From NCBI RefSeq assembly GCF_007126715.1, contig NZ_SLAT01000178.1: a stretch of 50,555 nt of DNA. One strand, written 5' to 3'. This document shows, in pieces, positions 1 through 8,869 of the stretch (position 1 is the first letter of the stretch; each line of letters begins with the position of its first letter). The stretch comes from Roseinatronobacter sp. (GTDB lineage Bacteria > Pseudomonadota > Alphaproteobacteria > Rhodobacterales > Rhodobacteraceae). Made by a program: the position numbers and the translations under genes. The notes beneath the pieces are model-generated. The model ran no database searches. It saw nothing but the letters and a program-made list of their open reading frames with translations, and was not told where the DNA came from.

Positions 1-512
1 CCCGCGCTATCGGGCACGGCCAGCGCAAAGGGGTTGGTGCCGATCACTGGGCGCTTGCCCCCGATGGGCGCCATCGATGCGGGCGCATTCGTAAAGCACA
101 GCGCGACAAGCCCCGACTCGGCCAAACGCTCGGCATGATGACCCAGAACACCGCAATTATAGGACCTCGACACCGCCAGTGCCGCAACGCCCTGCGCGCG
201 CACGGCTTCTTCAAATTCCGGCCAGCCCGCGTCAATCGCGGCATGGGCGAAACCATGCGCGGCATCGACCTGAACCGCAGCAGGTCGCGGGCGGCTAACA
301 ACCGGGCTGGCCGTGCCCAGAACCTTGCCGCAGCGCAGATGCTCGGCATAGATCGGCACATACAAGAGGCCGTGGCTGCGAATCCCATCGCGCTCGGCCA
401 GGCGGGTCGAGCGCGCGACCGCCGCCGATTGTTCCCCGGATGCCCCAGCGCGAAGCAAAACCTGCTGCGCAAGATCTTCAACCTGATCCAATGAAAGTGT
501 CGTGTCAGTCAT
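1..512 (-). CDS. Ldh_2 family oxidoreductase (malate/L-lactate/sulfolactate dehydrogenase, ComC-like); 3' end runs off the window
   Basis: Absent from the ORF track; translated by hand: MTDTTLSLDQVEDLAQQVLLRAGAS...RDGIRSHGLLY...VDAAHGFAH...SYNCGVLGHHAERLA...TNAPASMAPIGGKRPVIGTNPFALAVP. SHG, DAxxG and GTNP motifs are typical of Ldh_2. GGGGGA RBS; tandem ATGs at 515 and 512. Confidence 0.88.
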   Translation of the reverse strand, partial: MTDTTLSLDQVEDLAQQVLLRAGASGEQSAAVARSTRLAERDGIRSHGLLYVPIYAEHLRCGKVLGTASPVVSRPRPAAVQVDAAHGFAHAAIDAGWPEFEEAVRAQGVAALAVSRSYNCGVLGHHAERLAESGLVALCFTNAPASMAPIGGKRPVIGTNPFALAVPDSA

Positions 513-559
513 CATATCCCCCAAGATCACGGTATGGGGGTAGTTTGTTCAGATCAATC

Positions 560-593
560 GAATTAAAGTTAATTCAACTTCAGTTTTTCTGTA
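560..593. promoter_or_regulatory. Divergent promoter region with a palindrome and a probable LysR binding box
   Basis: GAATTAA-AG-TTAATTC (560-575) and TTCAG-N5-CTGTA (579-593) in the AT-rich spacer between the dehydrogenase and lysR genes. Confidence 0.5.
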
Positions 594-603
594 TCATATA
601 GCC

Positions 604-1524
604 ATGATTCGAACCCAAACCCTGCGTGTTTTCGTCACCGTTGCCAGTTGCGGAAACATCCGCGACGCGGCCAAGGCCCTGCGCCGAACGGATTCTGCGA
701 TATCCATGACGCTCAAACAGCTTGAAAGCGACCTTGACGCCCCCTTGTTCGAAACGGACCGAAAACACACGCTCACACCGCTCGGCGTTGAGGTGAACAA
801 GCTCGCGCAAGACTTGCTGCGCGAGCATGATCGCACCATTGAACGGATCATCGCACTCGCAGAGGGGCGTGAAGGGGTCTTGCGTATTGCCGCTGTCCCA
901 TCCGTCGCGGCACAGCTTTTGCCGCCAGTGCTCAGCGCCATGTTGGTCGATCATCCTGGCGTCCAGATCGAGTTGCTGGATACCGACAGCGCCAGCGTAC
1001 ATATGCTGGTCGAAACGGGTGTGGTCGAGCTTGGCATAGGCGGCATGCCTCCAGCAGGCGCTGGCCTGAGTTTCATCGCCTTGTTCAATGACCCGTTTCG
1101 ACTCGTATGCAGGAAGGACCATCCGCTTGCGCGACTTGCAAGACCCTTGACGCGCCATGATATTCGCGGGCATCGGCTGATCAGCAACAAATCGACTGCG
1201 GGCTATTCCGGTTTTGATCCTGACGGTCCGGAGCGCGTATCGGCGCTAAGTGCACGTAATGTCATTTCACTTCTGGCATTGGTACGTGCCGGGGCCGGGG
1301 CAACGATCTTGCCTGCTCTTGCTACGCGTTCGATCGATGAAGACCTTTGCGCACTTGAACTGCATGACCACTTGGCGCTTCGGACCGTTGGCTTCATCTT
1401 GCGGCGGGGCGGCATCAGCAGCCCGATTTGCGCAGCATTTCAGGACCGTCTTGTCTCGCTGATCAGGACCGCTGATATTTCAACCCAATCGATGTTGCCT
1501 GACAAAGACCAATGCCAGCCTTGA
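604..1524 (+). CDS. LysR family transcriptional regulator
   Basis: N-terminal HTH (LRVFVTVASCGNIRDAAKALRRTDSAISMTLKQLESDLDAPLFE), GVLRIAAVPS substrate-binding domain, 306 aa. Confidence 0.95.
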   Translation: MIRTQTLRVFVTVASCGNIRDAAKALRRTDSAISMTLKQLESDLDAPLFETDRKHTLTPLGVEVNKLAQDLLREHDRTIERIIALAEGREGVLRIAAVPSVAAQLLPPVLSAMLVDHPGVQIELLDTDSASVHMLVETGVVELGIGGMPPAGAGLSFIALFNDPFRLVCRKDHPLARLARPLTRHDIRGHRLISNKSTAGYSGFDPDGPERVSALSARNVISLLALVRAGAGATILPALATRSIDEDLCALELHDHLALRTVGFILRRGGISSPICAAFQDRLVSLIRTADISTQSMLPDKDQCQP

Positions 1525-1722
1525 AGATTGGCGCTGGAAGAGTTCAGCAGTGGCGTGTTGGCAAAGCCATTTCCGATTCTTGAACGCTTGCCCGAAGCGA
1601 GGCAGCAGGTTTCGTCTTATCTGCACCGCTTTTAGGGTTGGGTAATGCCGAGCTTGGAACCGAACGGATCAGACGCCGGCACGAGCGGGGCTTTTGAGGT
1701 GATGTGTCTTCGATGCGAAGTT

Positions 1723-2490
1723 TCAGGCGGCCTGTGCCGCGAGGAAGCCTTGCAACCGCTCGGTTGATGGGGCACGCAGCACCTGCCGCGGGTCACCTTG
1801 CTCGGCGATAACTCCCTGATCCAGAAAGATCACGCGGTTGGATACGTCACGCGCAAAGTTCATCTCATGGGTGACCACAATCATGGTACGGCCCTCTTCG
1901 GCAAGGCTGCGCATGACCCGCAAGACTTCTCCGACAAGCTCTGGGTCCAGCGCGCTCGTCGGTTCGTCAAACAACATCAATTCGGGCTCCATCGCCAAGG
2001 CGCGCGCAATGGCCACGCGCTGTTGCTCTCCGCCGGATAAAAACCCCGGATAGGCGGATTTGCGATGGGCAACACCCACGCGGGCCAGATAATGATCGGC
2101 CCGCTCGCCTGCTTCGGCGCGCGACAGGCCATGGACACGGATCGGCCCCAGCATCACGTTGTCTCGGGCGGTCATGTGCGACCAGAGATTGAATTGTTGA
2201 AAAACCATCGTCACCCGCGCACGAAAGGCGCGCAGGCGGGCCTCTTCTGCTACGACCAGATCACCATTTCGGTCGCGTTTGCACACCAACTCTTCGCCGC
2301 CAAATGAAATGCTTCCCTCGGTGGGGTGTTCCAGAAAGTTCAGGCAGCGCAGGAAGGTGCTTTTTCCAGAACCCGATGCACCGATCATGGAGATGACGTC
2401 GCCCTTTCGGGCAGACAGGCTGATCCCGCGCAACACCTCGCGGGTGCCGAAGCGCTTTCGAATATCCTTGGCGTCCAGAAACGTGGTCAT
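1723..2490 (-). CDS. Polar amino acid ABC transporter ATP-binding protein (HisP/AotP-like)
   Basis: Walker [41 protein letters not shown]. Start moved to the ATG at 2490 behind an AAGGAG RBS. Confidence 0.95.
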   Translation of the reverse strand: MTTFLDAKDIRKRFGTREVLRGISLSARKGDVISMIGASGSGKSTFLRCLNFLEHPTEGSISFGGEELVCKRDRNGDLVVAEEARLRAFRARVTMVFQQFNLWSHMTARDNVMLGPIRVHGLSRAEAGERADHYLARVGVAHRKSAYPGFLSGGEQQRVAIARALAMEPELMLFDEPTSALDPELVGEVLRVMRSLAEEGRTMIVVTHEMNFARDVSNRVIFLDQGVIAEQGDPRQVLRAPSTERLQGFLAAQAA

Positions 2491-2501
2491 TGCGAGCTCC
2501 T

Positions 2502-3614
2502 TCAAGGGCTTAGAAGAGGGCCGTCCCGAAACGAGACAGCACCAGCGATCTTGCCAAGGCGTTTTCCGGCCTCGGCGATGCGGGTTGCGGGGCGAGAATA
2601 GAAAACGCCGGAAGTCGTAGCTGCAACCGAGGTGACAGCACCGGTTTCGAGGTCGGTGATCTGGGCCACTGTCTCACCCCGCTCGACATATGCACCGAGT
2701 GCAGCGACATAGGACAAAAGCCCCGCGACTGGCGCTGTCAGGGCCTCGGACCCTTCAAGCGGCGTGACGGCGCAGGCCAGTTGGGGCAGATCGACACTGC
2801 CTTCCAGAACACCCAAGTAGATCATGTAATCCATAATCGCCTGCGCGTCCTGCATGCCCAAGTCGCGGCAGACATCCGCGCGCCCACGCAGTTCGACCGT
2901 GCAACTGACACAGCCCAGCGGAATTGGGTGGTCGGGCAGGCGCGCCGCCAAGCTGGCCCAAGGTCGGCTCAATGCCTCATCAAAGGGATGCCCCCCCGAA
3001 ACATCGGCCACAAGCATCGCACGACAGCCAGTAAGAGCGGCAAGGGGTGCGAATGTCTCGGCCGCGGCGGGCTGTGTATAGAGGTGCATTTCCGCCTCGC
3101 CGTCGCAATGCAGATCCAGCACCACGTCAGCGCCGATACCTTGCGCCATCAGATGATGTCGCAATGTGTCGGCAGGGCCAACAGGCAGGCGCTGCGCAAG
3201 TGCATCGGCAAGCGCGCTACGCACTGCGTGGGCATTGGCTTGCGGGTCATCCCCCAGTTGCCCTTGCAGCGCACGCGCGGCGTCTTCGGTCAAATCGGGG
3301 TAGTCGCGATTGAAATTACGCCCGTCATACAGATCAAACCGTCCTGACAGATCACCATGCAGAACCTGACCAAGCGCAAGCGGATTGGCAAAAGGCACAA
3401 CCTTCACATGGCCGCGCAGAATCCCGTCCGCTTCGGCTTTTGCAAGCATATCAACCAGCATCCGCGCCGCCATCATTCCGGGAGCTTCATCGGCATGCAA
3501 TCCGGCTTGGACATACACATATGGTCGTGCCGTTGGGTCGCCAAAGGACAGCGTCAGCACTTCATGCGTGATGCCGGGCCCGCGACCGGGGATTTTGAAA
3601 CGGTGTTCATGCAT
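2502..3614 (-). CDS. Succinylglutamate desuccinylase/aspartoacylase family (M14-like) hydrolase, AotO-like
   Basis: [19 protein letters not shown] and TVELRG motifs; embedded in the amino-acid ABC operon. Confidence 0.9.
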   Translation of the reverse strand: MHEHRFKIPGRGPGITHEVLTLSFGDPTARPYVYVQAGLHADEAPGMMAARMLVDMLAKAEADGILRGHVKVVPFANPLALGQVLHGDLSGRFDLYDGRNFNRDYPDLTEDAARALQGQLGDDPQANAHAVRSALADALAQRLPVGPADTLRHHLMAQGIGADVVLDLHCDGEAEMHLYTQPAAAETFAPLAALTGCRAMLVADVSGGHPFDEALSRPWASLAARLPDHPIPLGCVSCTVELRGRADVCRDLGMQDAQAIMDYMIYLGVLEGSVDLPQLACAVTPLEGSEALTAPVAGLLSYVAALGAYVERGETVAQITDLETGAVTSVAATTSGVFYSRPATRIAEAGKRLGKIAGAVSFRDGPLLSP

Positions 3615-4347
3615 TGACGGTTACCTTCGTAGTTTCAGATGGCGAGACATTGGCGCTGTCACGCGGATCAAGATGGCGCAGGAAGAGCTTTTCAAGGATG
3701 CGGAATATCAGTGTCAGTACCACAGTCAGCGCCAGGAAAAACACTGCCGCCATGCCAAAGCTTTCTGTTATGACCAGGTGGTTGTAATAGACATCGCGGC
3801 CCACGCGCAGGATTTCGACGATCGTGATCGTGCTCGCCAGTGCGGTCGCATGCATCAGTTGTACCACCTCGTTGCCATATTGCGGCAGCGCGCGCCGCCA
3901 TGCACCCGGCCAAAATATATCGCGCAACACCTGCGTGCGTGACAGGCCCATGGCGCGGGCCGCCTCTACTTCGCCAGCGGGCGTATTGCGAATGGCTCCG
4001 GCGAAGATTTCAGTCGTATAGGCTGTCGTGTTGAGCGTGAAGGCCAGCCATGCGCAGAAAAATGGATCGCGGAAGAAGGGCCAAAATGCGCTTTGACGGA
4101 CGATGTCCAACTGCGGCAGCCCATAATAGATGATGAACAGTTGTACCAGCAGAGGGGTGCCGCGCAGTATGTAGGTAAAGATGAAAACCGGCCAACTCAA
4201 TAATGGATGGGACGAGGCCCGCGCCAGTGACAACGGGACGGCCAGCGCCAGACCGGCCAGACCGGCAGTGCACAGAAGGATGAGTGTTATCTGCAAGCCG
4301 CGCCAGAAGGCGGGCAACATTTCGATGATGATGGACCAGTTGATCAT
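3607..4347 (-). CDS. Polar amino acid ABC permease (HisM/AotM-like)
   Basis: RGTPLLVQLF, AYTTEIFAGAI, EVEAARAMGLS (EAA loop). Confidence 0.93.
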   Translation of the reverse strand: MINWSIIIEMLPAFWRGLQITLILLCTAGLAGLALAVPLSLARASSHPLLSWPVFIFTYILRGTPLLVQLFIIYYGLPQLDIVRQSAFWPFFRDPFFCAWLAFTLNTTAYTTEIFAGAIRNTPAGEVEAARAMGLSRTQVLRDIFWPGAWRRALPQYGNEVVQLMHATALASTITIVEILRVGRDVYYNHLVITESFGMAAVFFLALTVVLTLIFRILEKLFLRHLDPRDSANVSPSETTKVTVNA

Positions 4348-5033
4348 CCCACGGCCTCCCGTCTCAGGCTGCGTGACATGCGCCAGTTAAGAGCGCCGAG
4401 CCCAAGGATCGAAACCGTGGTGATAGCAAGATAGATGGCGCCAACTATCATGTAGAAAGTGAAGGGTTCGCGTGTGGCCGCAGACGCAAGCGAGGCACGG
4501 TGCATCATGTCATCAAGCCCAATGATGGATACCAGCGCGGTTGCTTTCAGCAGCACCAGCCAGTTATTTGTAAAGCCCGGCAACGCATGACGCACCATCT
4601 GCGGGATAGTGACATTGCGCAGTACTTGCCCGCGAGACAGTCCGATCGATTGCGCTGCTTCTATCTGGCCCCTTGGAATCGCAAGGATTGCGCCGCGAAA
4701 GGTCTCTGTCAGATAGGCACCAAAAACAAAACCCAATGTGATCGTGCCAGCCATGAAGGCATTGACATCCACATATCCCCATCCTTGCGCCTGGGTGATA
4801 GTGTTCAGCAGTATCTGTCCGCCGTAAAAGATGACCAGCATCAGCAACAGGTCAGGAAGCGCACGGATAACCGTGGTATATGTTCCCGCAACCGCCCGCA
4901 AAACGGGAGAGGCTGACAGCTTGGCAACGGCCCCCATCATCCCGAAGACCGATGCTACAGCCAGTGACACCACCGCCACCGACAGAGTGACCCGCAACCC
5001 GTCAAGGATCATGGGTAGGTATCCATGAAACAT
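4344..5033 (-). CDS. Polar amino acid ABC permease (HisQ/AotQ-like)
   Basis: YTTVIRALPDLL, AYLTETFRGA, GQIEAA, NNWLVLLKATALVS. Start set at ATG 5033 after GGAAGG. Confidence 0.93.
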   Translation of the reverse strand: MFHGYLPMILDGLRVTLSVAVVSLAVASVFGMMGAVAKLSASPVLRAVAGTYTTVIRALPDLLLMLVIFYGGQILLNTITQAQGWGYVDVNAFMAGTITLGFVFGAYLTETFRGAILAIPRGQIEAAQSIGLSRGQVLRNVTIPQMVRHALPGFTNNWLVLLKATALVSIIGLDDMMHRASLASAATREPFTFYMIVGAIYLAITTVSILGLGALNWRMSRSLRREAVG

Positions 5034-5055
5034 GCGCTTTCCTTCCCGGCCAGAA

Positions 5056-5080
5056 GCCTGCCCGGCAGTGCCGGGCAGGC
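5056..5080. repeat. Perfect GC-rich inverted repeat between the binding-protein and permease genes (probable mRNA-stabilising hairpin)
   Basis: GCCTGCCCGGCA-G-TGCCGGGCAGGC, with no U tract. Confidence 0.7.
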
Positions 5081-5094
5081 AGGTCAAATCCGCC

Positions 5095-5880
5095 TTAGTT
5101 CAGCGCGTCGCGCGCGGCTTCGGGCATGATGTCAAATTCGAAATACTGGCTGGCCATCTCGTCATAAGTGCCATCGGCCATGATCTCTGCGAGTGCAGCG
5201 TTCACGCGTTCGCGCAGTGCATCATCATTCTTGCGCATGGCAATGCCCACGCCCCCCTCTCCGGCGCGGGTCAGGCTGATCGGGTCGCCCACCTGCACGA
5301 AACCTTCGCCTTGCGGGGTGTTCAGAAAGGCTTCGGCGGACACAACCGACGATCCAAAGGCAATGTCGCCGCGGCCTGCAGCCAGTTCCAGATAGACCGC
5401 AGGCTCACGGTCCACGGCCAGAATCCGGCTGTCGGGATAGTTTTCTTCAAGGAAATCTGCGCGTGGGCTGTTGCGCAAGACAATGATCGTCTGGCCCGCA
5501 AGGTCTTCGGGACTGTAGCTTGTGAAATCGCCTTCTGCCGCGATAAACCGCGACGGCACATCATAGTACGGGTCGGAGAAATCGACCCGCTCGCGCCTTG
5601 CATCCGTGATCGTCATCGAGGCAACGATCATATCGAACCTGTTGGCAGACAGCGCGGGGATCATGCCTTCCCATTCCTGCTGGACCAGTGTGCATTCCAC
5701 TTGCATACGGTCACAAAGGGCATCGGCAATATCGATATCGAAGCCGGAAAGTGCGCCATCGGGCGCCACCTGGCTGAACGGGGGATAGTTGCCTTCGACG
5801 CCTATGCGAATCTGGTCAGATGCAAGGGCTGGGACTGCTAAAACAGTGGTAAGTACGAGTGAAGTAATGGTATTTCTCAT
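5095..5880 (-). CDS. Polar amino acid ABC substrate-binding protein (ArgT/HisJ/AotJ-like)
   Basis: Signal peptide MRNTITSLVLTTVLAVPALA; EGNYPPF, GFDIDIA, WEGMIPAL, ASMTITDAR motifs; GGAG RBS before ATG 5880. Confidence 0.95.
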   Translation of the reverse strand: MRNTITSLVLTTVLAVPALASDQIRIGVEGNYPPFSQVAPDGALSGFDIDIADALCDRMQVECTLVQQEWEGMIPALSANRFDMIVASMTITDARRERVDFSDPYYDVPSRFIAAEGDFTSYSPEDLAGQTIIVLRNSPRADFLEENYPDSRILAVDREPAVYLELAAGRGDIAFGSSVVSAEAFLNTPQGEGFVQVGDPISLTRAGEGGVGIAMRKNDDALRERVNAALAEIMADGTYDEMASQYFEFDIMPEAARDALN

Positions 5881-5930
5881 GTTGAACTCCAGTTGGTGAA
5901 GGTAGGATTCGGGTTGATGTGGCATCTTTT

Positions 5931-5976
5931 TTTTCATAATATAAGAAAATGAAAATAGATCAGTCAAATGAAAATA
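5931..5976. promoter_or_regulatory. Candidate RpiR operator in the divergent promoter
   Basis: TTTTCAT-N11-ATGAAAA inverted repeat (5931-5955) and direct repeat AAATGAAAATA at 5947 and 5966. Confidence 0.4.
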
Positions 5977-6872
5977 TCCGCTGGTCGGCTGGGGTCGCGC
6001 GCGATTTTGCAAAATGCAGCCTTGGGCAACAGGTCGTGGAAAGCCTGCGTACCGGGTCCAGGTCGCAACGTAGCCTTTCGGAATTTATCTTGCGTGATCC
6101 GGTATTTATGGCCACACATGGTATTGAAGATGTGGCGCGCGCTTCGGGCATTTCGGTAAGTACAATCAGCCGGTATGTGCGTGATCTAGGCCTCGAAAAT
6201 TATGCAGCCTTCCGCAGTGGTATTGCCGATCGTGTCCATGCGCTGATTGCCCCTGTTACCAAACTTGAAAGCCGCCTGTCAGAGAATGCAGAGGATGCGC
6301 CCGGCGCCAATTCCCTTGCCACAGCGCAGGCGCAGATGGTCGCTCTGGGCGACGAGGCCACACGTCAAGCGGTTGTCGAGGCCGCGCAGATGTTGGGTAA
6401 GGCGCCGCAGATCTGGGTGATGGGCTTTGGACTTTCGGCGCATCTGGCCGCAATGCTGTCTTTGGGGTTGCAACCCTATCGCGAAGGCGTGGTCAATGTG
6501 GTGCAATATGGGGGTACCGAAGTGGCGGCAGGGCGTCTGATGTCTCTAGGGGAGGGGGATGTCGTGGTCGCGATCTCATTTCCACGGTATTCCAGCGATT
6601 TGAAAGACTTGACTCGCATGGCGCAAGCGATGGGTGCCAAGATCATAGCGCTTACGGATTCCCCTGCGGCACCGCTTGCACAAGAGTGCGACCATTTATT
6701 GCTGGCGCCCGCTCAGCATCCGGTTTTACCATCTTCCTGTCTGCCGGGGCTTGCGTTGATCGAGGCGCTGTTGTCAGAATTCCTGCTATCTGACCCTGCC
6801 AATGTCACCCGCGCCAAGCGCCTTGCAACGATCATGTCCGCATATCTGGCAGATGGCGAGAAGAAGGACTGA
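5949..6872 (+). CDS. MurR/RpiR family transcriptional regulator (HTH + SIS)
   Basis: IEDVARASGISVSTISRYVRDLG HTH; SIS motifs VMGFGLS, AISFPRYS, ALTDSPAAPLA. Start uncertain. Confidence 0.92.
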   Translation: MKIDQSNENIRWSAGVARDFAKCSLGQQVVESLRTGSRSQRSLSEFILRDPVFMATHGIEDVARASGISVSTISRYVRDLGLENYAAFRSGIADRVHALIAPVTKLESRLSENAEDAPGANSLATAQAQMVALGDEATRQAVVEAAQMLGKAPQIWVMGFGLSAHLAAMLSLGLQPYREGVVNVVQYGGTEVAAGRLMSLGEGDVVVAISFPRYSSDLKDLTRMAQAMGAKIIALTDSPAAPLAQECDHLLLAPAQHPVLPSSCLPGLALIEALLSEFLLSDPANVTRAKRLATIMSAYLADGEKKD

Positions 6873-7022
6873 CATTCGGTGCTTCTTTCTTGAATGCCAT
6901 GTTCAGGCTTGGTCACCAAATGGCGCAAGATTCTTGTTCATCGCGAAACACTAAGGTTCTGATTCATCAGTGATCTCGAGGGTCGCTCACCCAATAGCAA
7001 ATCAATGTTGCAGCGGATCAGC

Positions 7023-7940
7023 TTATGCCGCATCCGATGTCTTTGCTTCTTCGAGAACCCATTCGGTGAAGGCCCGGACCTTGGGGCGGGTCGCGTCCTC
7101 TTTCGGGTAGACAACATAGTAGGAATAGCTTTGGTGCTTGTCGGACGGGGCTCCGAACGGGTGCACCAGTAACCCAGCCCGCAGGTCGGCGGCAGCAACT
7201 GCTTGTCCGACCAGCGCAACCCCTTGCCCGGCAATGGCGGCTTGCGCTACCAGATTATCTTCGCTGAACCGTGGGCCATGTTCGGGGTCGATATCAGTCA
7301 GCCCAGACGCTTTCAGCCACATCCGCCAATTGGGCGCGAACGGGTGCTGCATCCGCCATTGCGAATGCAGAAGTGTGTGGTGGCGCAGGTCTTCCGGGCT
7401 GCGCAGCGGATGTATCCCTGTCAGTAATGACGGGCTGCACACTGGCGCTGCAAGTTCCGACATCAGGCAGCGCACGTCCATCCCGTCATAATTTCCATCT
7501 CCGTAGCGCAGCGCCACATCGACATCGCCGCGCTGGAAATCGGCAAGCCGGTCGGTTGCATCTATGCGGATATCGAATTGCGGATATAAGGTTCGAAAGC
7601 CTTCCAGTCTGGGCACCAGCCATTTCGCCCCAAGCGAGGGCGCGACGCTGACTGTCAGCAGGCCGGCTTCCTCTTGCCGGCGCATGGCGGTGTAGCCTTC
7701 GGCAAGCAGGTCAAGCCCTTCGGTCATGGCAGGCAAGGCGATCCGGCCTGCATCCGTCAACAACAGCGCGCGTGTAAGGCGACGAAACAGTTTCACCCCG
7801 GCAATGTCTTCCAAGGCCCTGATCTGCTGGCTGATGGCAGCGGGGGTTACGTTCAGTTCCTCGGCGGCTTTGCTGAAGCTCATATGCCGTGCCGCCGCCT
7901 CGAAGGCGCGTAGGGCGTTGAGTGGCGGTAGCTGGCGCAT
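7023..7940 (-). CDS. gcvA: GcvA-like LysR transcriptional regulator
   Basis: MRQLPPLNALRAFEAAARHMSFSKAAEELNVTPAAISQQIRALE, KWLVPRL, DVALRYGDG, AAIAGQGVAL, RPKVRAFTEW. Confidence 0.88.
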   Translation of the reverse strand: MRQLPPLNALRAFEAAARHMSFSKAAEELNVTPAAISQQIRALEDIAGVKLFRRLTRALLLTDAGRIALPAMTEGLDLLAEGYTAMRRQEEAGLLTVSVAPSLGAKWLVPRLEGFRTLYPQFDIRIDATDRLADFQRGDVDVALRYGDGNYDGMDVRCLMSELAAPVCSPSLLTGIHPLRSPEDLRHHTLLHSQWRMQHPFAPNWRMWLKASGLTDIDPEHGPRFSEDNLVAQAAIAGQGVALVGQAVAAADLRAGLLVHPFGAPSDKHQSYSYYVVYPKEDATRPKVRAFTEWVLEEAKTSDAA

Positions 7941-7952
7941 GGGGCCTCATGG

Positions 7953-7967
7953 ATAAGAATACCTAAT
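7953..7967. promoter_or_regulatory. LysR T-N11-A box upstream of the gcvA-like gene
   Basis: ATAAG-AATAC-CTAAT, an imperfect dyad containing CTAAT, 12 bp upstream of the start codon. Confidence 0.55.
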
Positions 7968-8114
7968 TCATAGCGCAGAAAGCACCGTTTGTCACGAGGT
8001 CTAAATTCTCGCATTTATGACACATGACCAGTGAACAACAACATATTCTGGTCACGAATAGGATTAGTTTAACTTGCCCTATTGTAAGCCAAATCCAACC
8101 ATCAGAGGTGACAC

Positions 8115-8339
8115 ATGCTTCCTTACACAAACATGATCAACCAAGACCACAACGGCACCCGGCAGCAGGCCAATGAGGCGCAGGCCGCAGCACTTTATCA
8201 GGGTTTGCGCAGGACGAAACATCTGGTCCGGGCTGCTGCATATGCGTTGCGCGGTCTTGGGGCCGCGCCTGTGCGGGCCTTGCAGTTTGTGCGGCAAAAG
8301 GCAGAGCGCGGAGCGAAAAACCGGACGTCCCCGTGCTGA
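8115..8339 (+). CDS. Small hypothetical protein (74 aa) divergent from the gcvA-like gene
   Basis: GAGGTG RBS before the ATG; basic, Ala/Arg-rich C-terminal half; position typical of a LysR target. Family not recognised with certainty. Confidence 0.5.
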   Translation: MLPYTNMINQDHNGTRQQANEAQAAALYQGLRRTKHLVRAAAYALRGLGAAPVRALQFVRQKAERGAKNRTSPC

Positions 8340-8869
8340 ACGACGCTCCATATTCTTCAGTGCCATCAAACCGAAATGGAGAGTAAGATGGTGCTCTACG
8401 TCTTCTTCAAGAAATTGCGTGTCCGCGCCCAGGGTGTCGGATCATCCGACAGGAATTGAAAGCATTCGCCCGGATCAGTCCTGAGCTTTGCAGCGCTATC
8501 GGTCTTTTCCCACAAGGCTTTCGCGATCAGGCTGACGAACTTCGTTCGCGGATCTGGCGATAGAGGGCAGCACCATCTGCCAACCTGCAGCGCGAAAGGG
8601 CAGGGCGGCAAGGTTAGTCGCTGCACTCACCGTGCTGCCAAAGCAGAGCAGAAGCCCATCCACCCCAAAGGTGCCGCTTCCGGGCAGTTCTGACGCGTCT
8701 GGATGAGTGGACCCCGTAAAGGCATCGCAGACGCTGCTTTTTTTAGCATTATCTTGGTTCGTTCCCTCGGAAGCGGGGGCAAATATAATTTTCGTTGACG
8801 AATTACAGATAAAATGTCACCGTTTAGTCTGCACTGCGCCAAGACGGTGCTGAAACAGGGAGTTTTGAA

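Noticed and set aside
44-494. ORF-track entries 44-481 (-) and 135-494 (+)
   Set aside because: Wrong frames; the real gene is the Ldh_2 dehydrogenase in another minus-strand frame.
1522-1644. Open frame continuing after the lysR TGA (RLALEEFSSGVLAKPFP...), suggesting readthrough or a LysR remnant
   Set aside because: The LysR protein is already full length, the similarity is weak, and no recoding signal is visible.
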